Source: an uncultured archaeon
GTDB lineage: Archaea; Asgardarchaeota; Thorarchaeia; Thorarchaeales; Thorarchaeaceae
NCBI GenBank assembly: GCA_964354495.1
Contig: CAYHAA010000017.1
Span: forward strand, 1-32,000
DNA length: 32,000 bases
Direction of reading: 5' to 3'
Part shown: positions 29,527 to 32,000 of the stretch, piece by piece
Position numbering within the stretch: position 1 is the first letter of the stretch
Layout of the letters: each line of letters starts with the position of its first letter
Position numbers and translations under genes: made by a program
The notes under the pieces: model-generated
Database searches by the model: none
What the model was told of the DNA's origin: nothing
The model's input: only the letters and a program-made list of their open reading frames with translations

Positions 29527-30993
29527 CTAGAAGTCCATATAGTCAGCAATATCGATTGATTTTGAATCAACCGACCATCTTCCTTCGCTATAGGCCACAT
29601 CCCTTGTCAGATCCAGCATTGATTTAGATCCATGAGGAGAGATCGTCATGATTGGTTGAACTGAATCCACACCTGGTTTCTGTTCCAATGCACGAAAGAG
29701 TTGATAGTACTCTACCTGATGCTGTTCGGGAGTCATGGCCCATACAATGATTCCTCTTGACGATAGATAATACATCACCCATGGGAACTTCTTGATTGTC
29801 GCCAAGATATGGGATTTCCAGTCATCAGTGCAAATGATTTCAAAACAGAAGTTAGAAGAGAGTTTCGGAAGAGTGAATATCGAGTAAGGAAGAGTAAGCC
29901 CATGACTATGGAGTTTTCGCGTGATGGTAGACACTTTCTTCGGGTCGATGTCTATCCCTCGCATCCGTAGTCTTTCACTGAGTTTGCTTGGAGGCGCTCT
30001 GGCATCCAACTGTTCCTGTGCAGCTACTATGAAGTCTTCTTTAGTAAAACCGAGCTTTGTACCAGTGGAATAAAGAAGGGGAGGATAGTCCTCAGGACTA
30101 ACTGGTTGATCTCTCTTCAGTAGATTCTCTAAATCCCCCGGCAAATCCCATGAATCATTACTATACAATGTGATATCTGATTTTGCGCCCGATTGAGTCT
30201 GGATATGTATGCTAGAGTAATCAAAGACAGATTTCCCAATCCCTCGGATTGATTTATTGAACAGCGGCATGTTTTCTTCGAAGTTGGGAATAAGGAACGT
30301 CGCGTATCCCACATCAGTCATGGCAGTCCTGAGAATACTCTTTGTAAATGGATACCGAGATAGGTCTTGCTCGATTTGTTCCCATTCGACGCCCTTCTGA
30401 AGGGTGAAAAAGACCATTACTGATTGAAGGTTAAATGCTGTGTAATCAACCAGACAAGACACTCGAAGATTGTTTCTCTCTCGAAGGCGCTCCAGAGAAC
30501 GTGCAACAGTCCGGGGAGCCAAGTTGAGCAGATTGGAAACATCCACAAGAGAGATTAGTGGATCCCTGCATATCGCAGAGAGCACTGTAAGATCATTTTC
30601 GTTAACCGGAGCGTCCTCAACCAAGAACACGAAGTTGTACGCAGACCTTATTGCACTCGCGGTGAATAGGTTGAATTTGCTGAGAGTCTTGAGATTCTCA
30701 AGCATCTTCATCTTGTACCGCTCGTTTATCGGGACTAGTGTTGGATTAGTTGGAGAAACAGTGTACTCTGGATTCTCCTTCAATACATCAACAGCCTTCA
30801 GGGCGGCTTCCATGGTAATCGAACCTGCACAGAGACCAAGGTATATTCTCATTGCATCCAGATAGAATTGCACCGATGGATCATCAACGTGAGGTATCAA
30901 ATCATCATATGGCGTTTCTATGGAAATCTGATATGAACTGGAATCGCGATTTGCCTCTTCTGTTCCCGAACGAGTTTTATTCAATGTTTTCAA
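29527..30993 (-). CDS. Lrp/AsnC-like regulator with tandem wHTH-RAM modules
   Basis: PLISLVDVSNLLNLAPRTVARSLERL HTH; second HTH-like APPSKLSERL..KVSTITRKL; alpha/beta RAM-like segments. Confidence 0.7.
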   Translation of the reverse strand: MKTLNKTRSGTEEANRDSSSYQISIETPYDDLIPHVDDPSVQFYLDAMRIYLGLCAGSITMEAALKAVDVLKENPEYTVSPTNPTLVPINERYKMKMLENLKTLSKFNLFTASAIRSAYNFVFLVEDAPVNENDLTVLSAICRDPLISLVDVSNLLNLAPRTVARSLERLRERNNLRVSCLVDYTAFNLQSVMVFFTLQKGVEWEQIEQDLSRYPFTKSILRTAMTDVGYATFLIPNFEENMPLFNKSIRGIGKSVFDYSSIHIQTQSGAKSDITLYSNDSWDLPGDLENLLKRDQPVSPEDYPPLLYSTGTKLGFTKEDFIVAAQEQLDARAPPSKLSERLRMRGIDIDPKKVSTITRKLHSHGLTLPYSIFTLPKLSSNFCFEIICTDDWKSHILATIKKFPWVMYYLSSRGIIVWAMTPEQHQVEYYQLFRALEQKPGVDSVQPIMTISPHGSKSMLDLTRDVAYSEGRWSVDSKSIDIADYMDF

Positions 30994-31005
30994 CGCCGGA
31001 TGATT

Positions 31006-32000
31006 TCATCCAGAGGAAGCGCGAGATGCCAGATAGGACACCACACTCTCAAGTCGATTTGATTTCTCGCGTTGGTTGGCTATAAATGTACATATCTCCG
31101 AAGAATTCCCAGCGAGACCTGACATCACTTGTGAGAGAGGAAGCCAGTTGATGTTGCTCGGTACTTCTAAGTCGAGAAGTGTGAGACCAGGACCCGATAG
31201 AACTCGTGCCTTCGGAAAGGTGCTAGCTTGAGCGTGGAGAACGTGAGAGAATGCAGACTCTTTCAGGACATCGTCACGAAAGGAAATCATGATATGTTGA
31301 TCAAGACCAATATTGCCAATCTCAACATATGGCTCTGCAAGATTCTTCCTTGCGCGAGCGATTCTTCTCCGCAGCGTACGATCCGAAGGCGGTTTCAGTC
31401 CTAGTCCAGCATAGACAGATGCCAAGCCGGGAGCATCTATGCTGTAATCGCTTTCAATTGCTGCTGCAACAATGAGGTCGTCGATGATGGGAGCGCTTGG
31501 AGAACTCTGTTCAACGGTCCCGACTACAGGGAGGATATCTACATATCCTCTCGCTGCACCAATCGATGCCTCCAGTCGGAAGCTCTCAGGGAAGTTCCAG
31601 TTGGCTCCATCGAACAACCCCAGATTCAGATGGTGAGATATTTTCGAACAGTCACAGGTGTGTATTGTTAGTGCGTATGGTTTTTTTCTGAATCGGTCGA
31701 TTTGACTCTGGAACCAGCCATACTGACTATCTCGAGGTGACAATGCTTCAAAATAGACGAGAGAGTTGAATGTCGAAGAAATCATCGACTGTAGAGCTGA
31801 AGTGACCAACTTGCTAGACCTCAGCCACCGGTGAAACTTCTCAAGAACATCCGATTCCTCATTGGCGATGGCCCAACCGAAGACCATCTGAAGACCGACT
31901 TTGCCATGATCAAGGTTTCCTCTTATCTTGAGCTCATTCTCATGCTCTAGATTTTGCCAGATTTGATTCACAGCGGAACGTGTCACATGCAAGTCTCTCG
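31006..32000 (-). CDS. Lrp/AsnC-like regulator, 5' end runs off the window
   Basis: PPSDRTLRRRIARA HTH-like segment; frame open to the window edge; co-oriented with the downstream paralog. Confidence 0.55.
   Translation of the reverse strand, partial: RDLHVTRSAVNQIWQNLEHENELKIRGNLDHGKVGLQMVFGWAIANEESDVLEKFHRWLRSSKLVTSALQSMISSTFNSLVYFEALSPRDSQYGWFQSQIDRFRKKPYALTIHTCDCSKISHHLNLGLFDGANWNFPESFRLEASIGAARGYVDILPVVGTVEQSSPSAPIIDDLIVAAAIESDYSIDAPGLASVYAGLGLKPPSDRTLRRRIARARKNLAEPYVEIGNIGLDQHIMISFRDDVLKESAFSHVLHAQASTFPKARVLSGPGLTLLDLEVPSNINWLPLSQVMSGLAGNSSEICTFIANQREKSNRLESVVSYLASRASSG

Overview
Archaeal DNA, most consistent with an Asgard archaeon (Thorarchaeia-like). This is inferred from an archaeal 23S rRNA with an enlarged ES39 and the gene content, not from a database search. 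The centre of the window is a stand-alone minus-strand 23S rRNA gene (~12688-15795) with a BHB-type processing stem and no adjacent 16S or 5S. Its 3' end is duplicated 12.66 kb downstream (1-201 vs 12657-12890). The two copies are 135/137 identical in the conserved part but carry different ES39 expansion segments closed by compensatorily changed stems. Between the copies lies a ~12.7 kb island with no integrase or TnpA. It holds a tnpB with a Fanzor-type rearranged RuvC, a 1902-aa protein (nuclease, degenerate NTPase, TPR), a HEPN RNase, a restriction-endonuclease-like fusion and a TPR gene broken by one stop. The tnpB right end (hairpin + TCAA) falls exactly at the start of the displaced 23S fragment, so its omega-RNA guide would be rRNA-derived. 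The right half is backbone: a bacterial-type RNase PH, a nucleotidyltransferase, an N-lobe-only TnpB, a WD40 protein, an unannotated C-terminal TnpB remnant, an M28 peptidase, a GGR, two orphan DNA methyltransferases, uridine phosphorylase, a MIG/MutY glycosylase, an archaeal flavoprotein, two LLM oxidoreductases and two Lrp/AsnC-like regulators. All protein calls are from motif recognition by eye.
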